A stretch of DNA of 62,950 bases, counting the filler, from Octopus bimaculoides (taxonomy: Eukaryota): NCBI RefSeq assembly GCF_001194135.2. It is 5 parts of 5 records of this genome, joined end to end, with 100 filler letters (N's around TTAATTAATTAA, not from the genome) between each part and the next. Parts side by side here need not be neighbours in the genome. Positions count along the whole stretch, not along the records: positions 24,987 to 55,371 come from NC_068998.1; 4 more parts are not named here. One strand, written 5' to 3'. The position numbers were made by a program, and so were the translations under genes. Of this stretch, positions 36,980-51,479 are shown in pieces. Under the pieces are notes generated by a model that was given only the letters and a program-made list of their open reading frames with translations, did not search any database and had not been told where the DNA came from. Each line of letters begins with the position of its first letter. The first letter of the stretch is position 1.

Positions 36980-37699
36980 GCGCGCGCATGCACATGTATA
37001 TATGTGCAAATGCCCATATACAAATCTTCGACATACGTGTGCGCTATGTGTATGTGTATACATGTGCACATGTGCTTGTGTGTGCGTGTGTGTGTATCTA
37101 TGTATATATCTACATCTCTAAAAACCCACGATATATATATAATGTTTGCAAGACATATATGTATGCCTGTGTATACATATATATGCATATATATATAAAT
37201 GTATATATATATGTACGTTTGTATGTATGTATGTGTGTATGTATACATGTATGTATGTATGTATGTATGTATGTATGTATGTGTGTATGTATGTATGTAT
37301 GTATACGTGCATAGGTGTGCAAATGTGACAAGAAACATATTGACTGTTTTCTTAAGCATGTAATGTCTATTTGCACCCATCATGGCGACTTGGGAATATC
37401 AAGAGTCTAAAGTGAATTTGTTCGTTTTGTATGGAAAGTGCAAAACGTCCCTCTTTATGGCATCAACAAGTAGGTATAAACATTTGGTTTGACACTGTTC
37501 TGAGTGGAAGAACAAAGAAATACTACAGGACGGCCGCAAGTGCGTCCAAGTGATCTTCAGCTAACAACTTATAAACACCTCACACGCACACAGACATACA
37601 CACACAGAGTCTCTGTTTTACAAACACAACGTACCTTCCCCCACACACTGTGTGTGTGAATCAGACCTACAGACAGACCGACAGACAGACAGGCTGGTT

Positions 37700-37733
<34 letters not shown>

Positions 37734-39074
37734 CAGATAGATAGATAGATAATTATCGTTCAAAATTTCAAGACACTTTATTGCAATCTTGGTATTTCAA
37801 TGAGATTGTATTTGGGGTAACCGTTTCTTCTTGGAAGTTTGTTGCCCTGTACAAAACTGAAATGTTTATTGAAATATTCGATCGGCTTTTAATGATAATA
37901 ATCAATAATTATCTCAGTTCGATAGAGAGAATCAATAAAACCAGTGACTAATTATCCAGCTTACATATCTTTCGATTTCTATTACGAGGTGTAACATTTG
38001 TGACTCATAGTTGAAACAAAGGATTACTTCATCTCACTCGTCCACTCTCACCGCAATATCTGGGCTACAGGCTTGCAACGTATTCCCTTTATCTCTTCTA
38101 CCACTATCACGACAGCTTCAGCTCCTTAGAATTGCCTAGTCTTGTACCTGTTCCATCCAAATTACTCGTCTCTCATCTTCTTGTCACCCATTGTGTGTTC
38201 CTCACCATCCATCCTGGCCCAAAACTACTTCCTCCCAGAATTCATCTCACTGAGAATACATCTCTGTCTGAATTTCCTGCAAGAACACCAAGTTCATCGA
38301 TCTCACCTGTCTTGGAGGCCTTCACAGACCACAGACACAATCCATTCCTTTCTACACAGCAATTTAGGGAAAATGACACAATGTGCTCCCAATGTGTTCC
38401 TGGGATGCGTCTAAATCCTCTAAATTTGAAGACATGCTAACATTACTTCAGCGAAACTACAGCAACATTTGTTGTCGTAATGAGGCCATTGTTCTGGTTA
38501 CCAGTTTCAGCATCCTCGAGAATAAACAAAGCACACCTGCAGAAAATACTTCCCTTTGCGGTTATTGTTCCCAGACACACCAATTTGATATAGTAAAATC
38601 GGTGTGAAAGTCTAGTTGTTACAGCATGAAATGACCGTCTGATAAGCGATATTTTCTTCTACAAATAACAGAACCACACTACTTTTAGTGAAAAGGGGGA
38701 TTTGTCAATACATCCTGATGGCGAGTTTGTAATGTATAAGCAAAAACAAAACAAAAAACTGTACAAAATGAGTGAAAGTCTTAAACATGAAATCTACTGA
38801 GTAATTTCGGTTCTTTAATCTGCTCTCGTCCAAAATATTGTGACTGGCGGCCATATTGCTGTCACTGTATTCACTTCATAATAATACTGTTTGTTATTTT
38901 TCAGAAACTCAAGGTAACATCGAACAGACTATACAATATTCAGGATTGCATATGGATATATTTAGAGATTTGTTAACGTCTCAATCCAGAGGGAAGAATA
39001 TTAAATATAACGAACATAACGAATGTAACTACGTGCATCATAGATATATCTGGAGAAAATTTCGGATCTGAAAT

Positions 39075-39430
39075 TTAGTTAGCCCGCGGAGTTCTTTCCG
39101 CTACACACACTCAGCATCTCTTTGAACCATTAACATATGCCATAGATTATTCCACAATGTTCCACCTGATGGTGTTTGGTCTACAGTTGGCTTTCAAATC
39201 CCAGATACGACCCGCTAACTCTGTGGCTTTCTTCTTGCGTCGGAAAGACGACTGGTGGTTTACATATCTCTTTCTTAAAAATTCCCTTCGCTTATACCTT
39301 TCTAATTTTTGTTCTGTATTTCCTTTTTCGGAGCGCTGCTGTGACATCAGCTTCATGAACCACTAAGCTGAATATTCCTGCTTAGTCGATTGGGCAAGAT
39401 TCTGTGTTTCGACAATTACAACTTGAAGTG
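39075..39430 (-). mobile_element. Penelope-like element, decayed GIY-YIG endonuclease region
   Basis: SCNCRNTESCPID..LVVHEADVT, KRYVNHQSSFR..ATELAGRIWDLK..IRWNIV and AYVNGSKRC.VC, with stops and frameshifts. Confidence 0.8.
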
Positions 39431-40112
39431 GGCTCTCAGTGTACGTGTGTGTTTGTGTGTGTGTGTGTATGTGGTTGTCTATGTGTGTGTGTGTGTGTGT
39501 AACATCAAAAACTGATACTTTACATACGATTAACCGATTGACTCTACTTTTAATGCAATTATACTTATCAGCACTGCCCACCCTCAACACCACCACCACC
39601 ACCACCACCGCTAAAATAAAACGTATGGCCCTGTGACTATGTTCAAATTCACCGAGGACTATTCTGCATTTTATCCTCCTGGGGTCGATAGAATAATGTA
39701 CCAGTCAAGTACTGGGTTGATGTAATCCACTACTCCAAATTTCTGGCCTTGTGCCAACATTAGAAGCAACAACAACCACAACAACAGCAACAGTGAAGTT
39801 GACAGAAAGAATGAGGTTTATTGGGAAAGAGAAAAGATAGAAAGAAATGAAGAGAGACGTGACACGGGGAGGAGAGGGAGTAGAAGGGGAGGGGGAAGAC
39901 AAAAATTAGAGAAGGAAAAGTGAGAAGAAAGTTATAGCGAGTAAAAGGTGGGGGGGGGGAAGGAGGAGAGTTTAGCATCGACCTGTCTGGTCAGTTTGTT
40001 CAAATAATGATGGCGCTTTTGTTTGTTGTATAAACACCGGAACAGTGAGCGATTGGGGCGGGAGTTCAACAATAAAGCTTAAAGGATAAAGTATATACAC
40101 TATATATGAATG

Positions 40113-40161
<49 letters not shown>

Positions 40162-40424
40162 GCGTGTGTATGCAACGCATATATATATATGCATGCGCGC
40201 GCACACACACACACACATGTATATATATATATATGTATATATATACACATATACATATATATATAGACAAAAATATATAGATACATATATGCATGTGCAT
40301 ATATATTATATTTCATATATGAGTGTGAGTAAAAGTACATGTAAGATATATATATATATATATTCACACATATATACACACCCATACACGCACGCACGCA
40401 CGCACACACACACACACGCACACA

Positions 40425-40471
<47 letters not shown>

Positions 40472-40749
40472 GCGTATATCTATGCACACACGAACATACA
40501 TACATATACGCATATATATATATACTCACATACGTAAATGCATGTATACACTCACACATATATACAAACATTTACATACACGTACTTATACACATACATA
40601 AATACGCCTTCATACACAATAGTCTCACACACACACACACACACACACGCACATACGCACTCACATCTGCATTCCCACCCACCTTGCTGCGTCTTTTATC
40701 CGATATTTTGAAATAATTTGTTAATTTGTTTAAATTGAAACATTGCAAG

Positions 40750-40823
40750 AGGTTACAAGGTCAGCTAGGGAGGTCAACTACAGAGGTCATGAGGTCAGCT
40801 AGAGAAGTCAACTACAGAGGTCA
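40750..40823 (+). repeat. 34-bp tandem repeat (2.2 copies) built from AGGTCA-like hexamers
   Basis: Units 40750-40783 and 40784-40817, plus a partial third unit. Confidence 0.85.
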
Positions 40824-41019
40824 GATACATTAAACTCCACATCAAACAATGTTTTATTTTCCTGAGCAGAGATACAGTCAGCCAGTTGGTAATGGGTCTG
40901 TTCTATTCAGCAAAGGTTCGCAGTTTCAAATCCAAGCAAACTCACTCACTGCTATCTTCAGAATAGGTCCAGTGAGGAGGCACATTAACAGTAAATTTGT
41001 CTGCACGCCTCAGAAATCT

Positions 41020-41341
<322 letters not shown>

Positions 41342-41909
41342 CCTCTCGCTTTTCCTTTCTCCCCGGGTACCATCCGGCAGAACGTCAATCACGTCAACCT
41401 CACCTGTCATAAACACGTATACAGTATGGTTCACCTGGTATGCTAGAAACACCAGCCACATCAGTGGCGACTGTTAAACTAAGACCAACAGAAATCATGA
41501 CTGGAAAAACATAACGGGGTCGTCACAACTGGAAAGGCCTCAATCCTTGGTCTGCCTGAATACAGCGAACCCTAGGCTAAAGAGCAACGTCAAGGATTAT
41601 AGTCGCCTCCCCTACCTGAGACTACTGAGACTACACAATAAACGTTTTAACCTTACCGAAGCTAATTAAGAAACTTAATTACACATTATCGCCCTTTGAC
41701 TTAATTTGACATTTACTCGGGTCTTCAAATCCATTTAGAGCCAAACAAATAATTGGCCCCGAAGAAGAGCACCCCCACCCACCCACCGTTAGCAACGTTA
41801 GAGTTCACATCTCCTCAAAACAAAGTGACTTACATTTATACGATACTCTATAACTAAGTACTCGGAGTAAGTTTGGGCTAAAGTGCATTTGAAGCACTTT
41901 GTATGTGTG

Positions 41910-41956
<47 letters not shown>

Positions 41957-42699
41957 ATGTGTGTGTGTGTGTGTGCTTAGCGAACGACGAACTCAAGGAC
42001 AAAAACAACAAAAGTCAAAAGTACTCTCACAGTAAAAATTGTTCGTTCAAGGCTCGATAAAACTATTATAGGAAATTAAAAGTAAAAATATAACGTTTCG
42101 GATATATTCCTTCATCGGATATGTAGAAGAAAGTCCAGAGAAGAGGAAAAAGAGGAAGGAAGAAGAGATAAGAATGGGGAATCGGGAGAGAAGCACGTGA
42201 GTAGGACTACGTCTGCTAATACTTTGCATGTACCACGTTCTCGTGTTGCTGTTTTTTTTTCTTGTGTTTTTTCTTCGTTTTTCTTTTGTGGGGATTAATT
42301 ATATATATATACATATATACATGCATAAGTCTTTCTACATCTTTTTTTACTCTTTTTTTCCCGTCTCCTTTATATGATGAAAGGAGTAACTAGCGAAATC
42401 AATCAACTAACTACAATTTATATCGACTGTTATTTTAAAGCGATATATACATACGTAATATTATAGTAACTTCGAAGTTTCACCTCTTCACGTTCGTCAG
42501 GCAGTCTCCTGAAGCTAACTGGGCCGCAAATTCATTGAGGTGCTACCCTCTACTGCGACAAAGTGTTGCTAAAACAATGTACGTTATCATTTACATATAA
42601 GACTACCATGGAATAAATATTTAAAAGATCAACTTTGCTGTTGAATACATACATATCAACTCAGAGAATATTAGCAGTACGCGCCCAGCAGAATTTCTA

Positions 42700-42830
42700 C
42701 CAAGTGAAAACACAGAGGCCTGAAATAATTATTTGGGACAGAAAAGAAAAATCATTCACAATCATAGAGGTTATCTGCCCTCCGTTTGCGAACGTCTCTT
42801 CCAAAATCAGCGAAAAGTAAAATAACGGAC
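42700..42830 (+). mobile_element. RLE endonuclease fragment of a non-LTR retrotransposon
   Basis: RPEIIIWDRKEKSFTIIEVICP..NVSSKISEK, a degenerate PD-(D/E)xK region. Confidence 0.65.
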
Positions 42831-42845
42831 GACTATCTCATAATA

Positions 42846-42924
<79 letters not shown>

Positions 42925-43221
42925 TACACACATATATATATACCGTCTTGTGCTGGACCTTTGTCATCAACTCTCAGGCAATACTGCTACCATGAAGCGA
43001 ACTCACAAACCTGCGGATCAAACAGCAACGCTACCCATTAATAATTAGATCCACACTCTTAGCCCCACCCACCAACATTTCTCCCATCTTGTGCGTCTTT
43101 ACTTTTCTCTTTCATTTTCTTATTTTCCGAGAATATTTTTCTTCCGTCATTCCAAACATCTTTCCTCTCTCACGCCTTCCTTAAATTCTCTCATCTCTTT
43201 ACTGTCTCCTTACATATACAT

Positions 43222-43291
<70 letters not shown>

Positions 43292-44022
43292 TCTCCTTCC
43301 TCTCATTTTTGACACAAACACACACATCCATACACACTCAATCACTGTGTCACTCTCTTTCTCGCACACACAAACAAACACACACACGCACACACAAACA
43401 CATTTTCTGTCCTGCTTCTTTTGATAGTTGTCGTAAGCAGAAGAAAAGTCGCACGTCACTAGCGTCCTATGTGAAACATGCCGTCCCGTCAATTTCCGGT
43501 CTGCGTGCGCAGTAATTCACTGCCATTTTCTTCACTCTTTTTCCACGCCATAATATCAGATCGCTGCAAGTGTTACGCATAATTTCACCGCCATCAACTG
43601 ACACGAAAACGGAAACCAGACATCACACAATCTTCAATGTTGCTACTTGAAGTCAATTTAAAAATTCCTTAAACTCTAAATGCTTGCAGAGTTTTTATTT
43701 ACCAAAATGGATTTGATCAACTCATTGCTCGTTGACCAAAAGCCAAACGACAATTGCTTTGGTGTAAAATCATATGTACATGTGAACATGTAGACACACC
43801 AGTGCATGCAAGCATACATGTGTTTGTGCTTAGATAAATAGTTACATACATACTTTAACATGCATCACTACATTTGTACTATTTTAACAATGGAATAATA
43901 AATAAAACAGATTTATACCCCCACGTACAAAAGAAATATTTATGAGTATGTAAGTGTGTGTGTGTGTGTATGTGCCTGCGTATACACGTATCTATACATT
44001 TATATATGTAAGCAATATACAG

Positions 44023-44063
<41 letters not shown>

Positions 44064-44188
44064 GTATATGTATATATGCATGTATGTGTGTGTGTATACA
44101 TACATATACAATTATGTGTGTGTGTGTGTGTGTGTGTGTATAAGGAAGGACACCTTACAGTAATGCAAAAACTCCGTGTACACACACT

Positions 44189-44252
<64 letters not shown>

Positions 44253-45188
44253 TGCGTATGTGTGTTGAAGCATATGTGATTTAGACATATGTACAAAGAA
44301 AGAAGTAAATGATATTTTTGATACAAATGTTATGAAGTTCTGGGTGATAACATCACAACCACACCGCCATTATTACCACCATCGCCACCACCATCATCAC
44401 CACAACCACCACCACTATCATCACCGCTATCACCACCACAACCATCATCATCACCACCATCATCACTAGCAACTCCTCCACCAATACCTCTATCAGCATT
44501 AATACCACCACTGCCGCCATCACCTATCATCATCACCATCATCATCACCACCACCATCATCAATATCACTCCTGCCACCACCAACACCATCACCACCATC
44601 ATTATAATCCCCATCGTCAACAACGAGAACCGTAACATTGTTTTTAAAACATGAATTGAAACATTTACAAATTTATCGAGACAAAGTGTTGAAATGAAAA
44701 CAACAACAACAACAAAACAGTCACAACAACAACAACAGCAACAACAACATTGTAGTAACGTTGGCAAAACAACAAATCTAAGAAGGAAATGGTTTTCTCG
44801 GGGGTTTGTTTTCCTGTTTCAAGCTTCATTGACGATAAATGGACGTAACAAGTTGCGATCAAACTGATTTAGTTTAGTTAACCATCTGGAAGCTTGACCA
44901 AGTTACAGGTGAATGGAATGGTCTGTTAGAATTCCTTGTTGGCTACGCTCTGCTACGCATGACACCCGACTCCGAAACATTTTTAGATGTTCCATGTCTT
45001 GAAAATCGCCTTTTCTTCAATCTCCCATCTTTCTCTCCTCTCTGCTACGACTTCAGTCTTCTTCATAAAATTCCTCGTTTTTCCCTCACCAGTTCAGCCG
45101 CCATTTATTGCTTACTTTACATTTTAACATTTGTGTTAACGGTTGTCGTTGTTGTTCTATTTCTTTTACTACTACTACTACTACTACT

Positions 45189-45220
<32 letters not shown>

Positions 45221-46319
45221 ATGTGCCTATATTGCCAATAATAACAATAGCAGTAACACTAATAATATTTTTCTACGCTTCTATACTCCACCCTTGCCCT
45301 TCCTCCTCCTCCTCCTCTCTACCCATGCCTCCTGCCTCATTTCCGTCAACGTCTCACCTAACTTGCAGTTTTATTAACTGTCCACCATTTTTCTCGCTCT
45401 CCCTTCCGCTTTCTTATTAAAACGGTGCCTTCTGAAGAAATATGTTCCATGCCTACTTAAGATTTTTATTTGATGTCTTCTTTTTAAAGGAAGGTCTGCT
45501 TAACATTGACACGGCTTCACACATTTAAAAGGAAGGTTTATTGTTGATTAAGTGATATTTATTTTATCGCGATGGAATGGGTAAAAACGGAGGTTTGCCA
45601 ACAACAGGATTCGAACACAGTGTAAAGGGTTCTATCAAAATGCCGAGATATCCACCCAATCTGCCATCCATCATTCTCGTCGGGTGGGAATAATGAACGA
45701 TTAAATAACTCCAGGCCGTAGAAGCTGATTAAATTTTCGTTAAACTCCAGTTTTTGTTTAGACTCTTTTTCAATAGATTTAGTTATAATAAACAGTATTT
45801 TAGTTATAATTAACTATAGTCTAACCTGAACAGAGTCTCAATAGATCTCGTTACTGTTTTCATTAGAAATGGAGAACTTATCCAGTTATTGATAGGAGCA
45901 TATATTACGTATTTACGGTAGAAGATTGGCCGAATTGCAGGAGCGTCCGATGAAATGATCTTCATGTTCTGAGTTCAAGCCCAACCGTGGTCAAATTTGC
46001 ATTTCGTATTTTTGAGAATCGATAAACTAAAATGCCAGTCATATACTGGAGTCGGTAGAAATGGCTGGAACACTTTGCTCAATTTGAAACCTTGTGTCAA
46101 CCTTAGATACCAGTGGTATAAATTTAATTGTTTGCTGCAGGGAGCTACGAACTCATAACTTCACAAAGGAAATTTCGTCATATCATCTTGTCGGACATTG
46201 TTCATTCCTACCTCCCTGTCCCTCTGTCACCCTTCTCTCTTTCCTCTTACTTTTCTCTCTACCTGTTTCTCTGTCTTCTTTATCTCCCTCTCTCTCCCTC
46301 TTTCTAAACACTCCCCATA

Positions 46320-46362
<43 letters not shown>

Positions 46363-46736
46363 CTGTATATAATATATATCATAATGATATTTATTCGCCG
46401 ATTTTGAAACGACAATTTTAAATATAAACAAATGACCGAAAAATGATGAGCTAACCTGAAGCTGAATCGAACTCACAAATCGATGCTTTCATGGCTCCTT
46501 GCAAATCTGATTGGCCAAACGCTCAGCCATCAATTTCGGTCAAATTTAGTTAAATGCCTATATATATGAATATACGTACATGCATACGCAAACATATATA
46601 AATACATATGCACATGCATACAATAATATGTGTTTGCGTGTGTATAAATGTGTGTGTGTACATATATGTACACATATATACATATATGTATATACATATA
46701 TACATATATATATATATAGCTATATATAGATATTTA

Positions 46737-46774
<38 letters not shown>

Positions 46775-46905
46775 NNNNNNNNNNNNNNNNNNNNNNNNNN
46801 NNNNNNNNNNNNNNNNNNNNNNNNNNNNNNNNNNNNNNNNNNNNNNNNNNNNNNNNNNNNNNNNNNNNNNNNNNNNNNNNNNNNNNNNNNNNNNNNNNNN
46901 NNNNN

Positions 46906-46939
<34 letters not shown>

Positions 46940-47764
46940 CTAAGTATAGATTTGCCAGCGAATGTGATGTATCTCAAACTATAAGATTGATTGAGACAGA
47001 CGAGTTTTCTGGGGAAATTTAGCAAAAAAATTCCACAAGATGTCACTGGGAAATATATTGGGGGGGGGGGGAGAAGAAAGGGGAAATAAAGTGACGGGGA
47101 AAGAAGAAGACATGAAATAAAGTTAAAAATAATTGCAATAACAATAACAAGGTAAGGCCGAGGATAATTAATAAAATCGCCACTGGTCAAACACAAACAA
47201 TAGGATAGAGTGATAATAGGATAAATTGATAATCTACAACATATTGGATTATCAATGGTTGTTTGTATATAGCAGCTGTCACATTGGAACAACAATTCAA
47301 TGATAACAGCGAGGGGGAGGCGGGAGGAGGAAGTTTTCCAAAGGACACCACACCTGTAGTGATAGATAAACTATAGACTCACTGACAACTAAGGTACTAC
47401 CTTCTATAGGCAGAATACACACACACACTCACACACACACACACACACACACACAGCATCATTTGTATGTTATATGTATACGTATATTTACATTATTGAC
47501 ATATGTCGTACAACGATCTATATCATCCCTATACACGCACGTGGTTGTGTATATGTATACACCCACTCAAGTATAAGCTTATATATATTACTTAGATCAG
47601 ACCGTATGCGTAGGCGCACATATGCGTGCATGTGTATGTATGTCTATTTATGTCTATTTGCATGTTATATATACATATATGTGTGTGTGTTTGTATATAT
47701 ATGTAAACATATGTATATATATGTATATATATATATGTACACATATATATACACACATACATAC

Positions 47765-47804
<40 letters not shown>

Positions 47805-48619
47805 ACACACACATATATATACACACACATTATTGTATGCATGTGCATATGTATTTATGTTTGCGTATGCATGTACGTATATCCATGTATAGGTATATAT
47901 CAGTGTGTGTGTGTGTGTGTGTGTGTACTATGTGTGCGTGCGTATGTGTGTGCATGTATGTCTATGTCAGTTAATGTATGTGTATGTGTGTAGGGCGGAG
48001 TGGGACGAACGAACACAATCCCCCGAGTTGACACCTCCTTCACATTCTAAACCCTAATTAACACCAAGAAATATTCCACGGTGGCCTTTTTAGCAAAACG
48101 GTCGCCAATTATCTGTGGTTAATACATGCTTTACTCTTCTTAAATATCTCCATCGCCATAATCCCTCGCTTGCCAAATTTACGGCCCACGTTTAAGCTAT
48201 TGGCAACGGTAGCTTTATCCATTGTTTGTTTGTCCGGCGAGATAAGTGGCAAGAAACGACGACCGGGGCGTTTATACAAATGTATTAAAAGGGAAGGGGT
48301 CAGTGCGGCGATGGACGTCAATGAATGGAGTGCGAGGAGGAGGAGGAGAAAGAAGAGGAGGAGGAGGAGGAGAAAGAAGAGGAGGAGGGAGGAAGGAAGA
48401 GACGAGGAGAGAGATGAGAGCTACAATAAGTGATGCAAGGATAGAAGTGGGTATGAAGCGGGTAGAATGTTTATAGATAAATCTGGGAGTAAAGAGGTTA
48501 AGTGAATAAATAGTTATGCTGATAGAATAGATGTGTGCTTCGATAAACACTCCCTCATATATACATACATGCAGACATACATACATGCGGACATACATAC
48601 ATACATGCATACACATCTT

Positions 48620-48810
48620 TTATCTTTTGCTTGTTTCACTCATTAGACTGCGGCCATGCTGGAGCACCGCCTTCAAGAAATTTTAGTCGAATGAATCGAC
48701 ACTACGACTTACGGTTTTCTTTTCAAAGTCTGGTACTAATTCTAGCGATCGCTTAGGCCGTACCGCTAAGTTACAGGGACGTAAACACACCAACACTGAG
48801 ACAAACACAG
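48620..48810 (-). mobile_element. SINE family A, 3' half
   Basis: Shared tail sequence. Confidence 0.75.
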
Positions 48811-48847
48811 GTAGACACACATACACACACACACACACATTCATATA

Positions 48848-49040
48848 TGACTGTACGACCGAGGGCATGTTTGAGAGAACCACTACAAATAGTAGTGGTC
48901 CCAGTACGGTTCCCAGTACAGCGGATTGATGTCTCCCGGAAAGAGCTCCATTGGCTGCAACTGCCCGTCTTTCGCCCTTTAAAAAGTCGCGCAGTTTGTG
49001 ACATATCATCCCATGACCAACAGTTGAACTGCTGTTTCCG
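48848..49040 (-). mobile_element. CR1-type LINE RT fragment with an internal deletion
   Basis: HGMICHKLRDFLKGERRAVAANGALSG..VLGTVLGPLLFVVVLSNMPSVVQ, a degenerate PQG.VLGPLLF motif. Confidence 0.8.
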
Positions 49041-49056
49041 TACCCAATCCTAAGGT

Positions 49057-49114
<58 letters not shown>

Positions 49115-49185
49115 AAGAGGACAACAAACGTTAAGGCAAGACAAACATCTCAAGTCATATATGTTATTATTATTGGAAAAATTAA

Positions 49186-49243
49186 AATTCTTACAGCTGT
49201 TTCTGAGATATCCCAGAGTATGGGATATTCCTTCATCAGAGAC
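49186..49243 (-). ncRNA. Minimal type I hammerhead ribozyme-like motif (Penelope type)
   Basis: Minus strand UCU-CUGAUGA-[hairpin AUAUCCCA/UGGGAUAU]-GAAA-CAGCUG-UA-AGA. Confidence 0.6.
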
Positions 49244-49549
49244 AAATAGGGAAAATGAGAAGGGTGTAGATTAATGAAACGACGACACAGAGGACAAGAG
49301 AAAAGGAATAAGGAGATGAAGAAAAAGAAGAAAGAGAAGAAAAAAGAAGAAAAAGAAGCATAAAAGTTCACAGTTCAACTTTTCGATCGTGTAGAAGTTA
49401 GTCCATAAGTCCTTAGGTGCAATCCTGTATAAATCCATGTAGTTTAAAGTTTTAATAGTGTAAATATATAGAAATAAACACGAACGTATCGGCGATCCGT
49501 AAGAGAATGGTAGCGGAGTTTTCATTGCATTGTGGGCGCGTGGTGCAGT

Positions 49550-49890
49550 AGATGAGGCCTTTACCTTTCACCCTTCTGGAGTCGTTAAAATAACTACCAG
49601 TTGTATACCGGGGTCGATGTAACCGACTTACCCTCCCCTCCCCCAAAGTTGCTTGGCTTCGTGCTAAAATTTGAAACCGATATCATATACCTGGCAGAAT
49701 AATTAGCAAGCCGGTCAAAACGCCCAGTGACATTTCGTCCGTCTTTACATTCTGAGTTTCCGCCGAGATACCTGTCATCCGTCCGGGGTTGATAAAATAA
49801 GTACCAGTTGGGCACTGGGGTCAATGTAATCGACTTACCCTCCCCCCCCCCATCCCCTGAAATTGCTGGGCTTGTGCTAAAATATAAAAC
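49550..49890 (+). mobile_element. Two tandem SINE family B copies
   Basis: ~49550-49680 (5'-truncated) and ~49690-49890. Confidence 0.8.
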
Positions 49891-50172
49891 CAGCATTATA
49901 TGCCTACATGTTATGCCGGCACATGTGATGTACCCCTAATGTAATATCCATTCAAAGCAATGTACTCACATGTAATATCCCAACATGTAATACTCCCACG
50001 TGCAATGCACCCCCCCCCCCACACACACACATACACAAACACAAGCAGTGTCCCCACATGCGAATGTAATATCCATCTGCAGTAATATATTCACATGTAA
50101 TGTCCTCTCCCCAGCCATCGACCATGTGGCAATACAAAAAAAAATCATCTCTACTAATGCTATTCCATAGCT

Positions 50173-50211
<39 letters not shown>

Positions 50212-50294
50212 GTCGTCGTTGTTATTTTCAGCAAGATTATCATGATCATTAGGATAATCTTCGTCATCATCATCATCACCAACATCATCACCAT

Positions 50295-50332
<38 letters not shown>

Positions 50333-50528
50333 TCGTCGTCGTCGTTCACGTCCATTTTATTATTCCTTTGTTATTGTTACGGTGGAAAGTGTTCGAGTTT
50401 TCTCTTTGTCAAACAATGTCTGGTGTCACTGAGGTCTACCTGGACACACAGACAGACACGCACACAAACATATACACAGATATAACCACTTCCACTTATG
50501 TATGCACATACTTACACATACGCGCATA

Positions 50529-50577
<49 letters not shown>

Positions 50578-51413
50578 TGCCACACGTTCATACATATACT
50601 TTACACAGTTTATACACACAAATACATACATACGCGCATGCATTCAAATGTGTGTGTGTGTATATATATATGCATATATATAAACGTACACACACATACA
50701 CATATATATATGTATATATATACACCCGTATATATATACATATATATATTCTTTTATTCTTTTATTCGTTTCAGTCATTTGACTGCGGCCATGAATGTAT
50801 ATACGTATAAATGTATGTATAGACACACACACACACACACATATAGATATGGAAGGAATGTGTGTATATATATGTGTATATATGTGTATTAGTATAAATT
50901 CATGTGCAAACACCTAAGTACATTTAAAGTCAGAAACATTCACACGCACACACATCTTCACTGACATCTGCACGAATACCGTTACACACACACGCACACA
51001 TACATATACATACAGCACACACACGCACACACACACATAAACTCAAACACACTCAACATCACAACCACTGCTGCCACCAATACCACCACCACCACCACCA
51101 CCTGCAGCACCACTCCGCCTCCGTCACCACCACCACGTGCAGCAGCGGCAACACCGCCACCCCCAGCGGCAGTGTCATCATTAGCATCATAAGCAGTATC
51201 AACAGCAGCAGCTGCAACAATTACCAACAACAATAACAGCAACAACAACAACAACTATGAAAACAAAGATATTGGTTCAGGTGAAAAAGCATCGAAGACA
51301 GGAGGAACAGGAGGAACAGGAGGAGGAGGACATGTGTGAAGGAGCGGAAGGTCTATTGTGTATTTATCTCCCTTCTCTTTTATTAGCATCATCTTTTTTA
51401 TCTATATTTCAAA

Positions 51414-51479
<66 letters not shown>

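Noticed and set aside
38050-38330. Possible CR1/L2 LINE 3' remnant
   Set aside because: The resemblance is too weak to support without an alignment.
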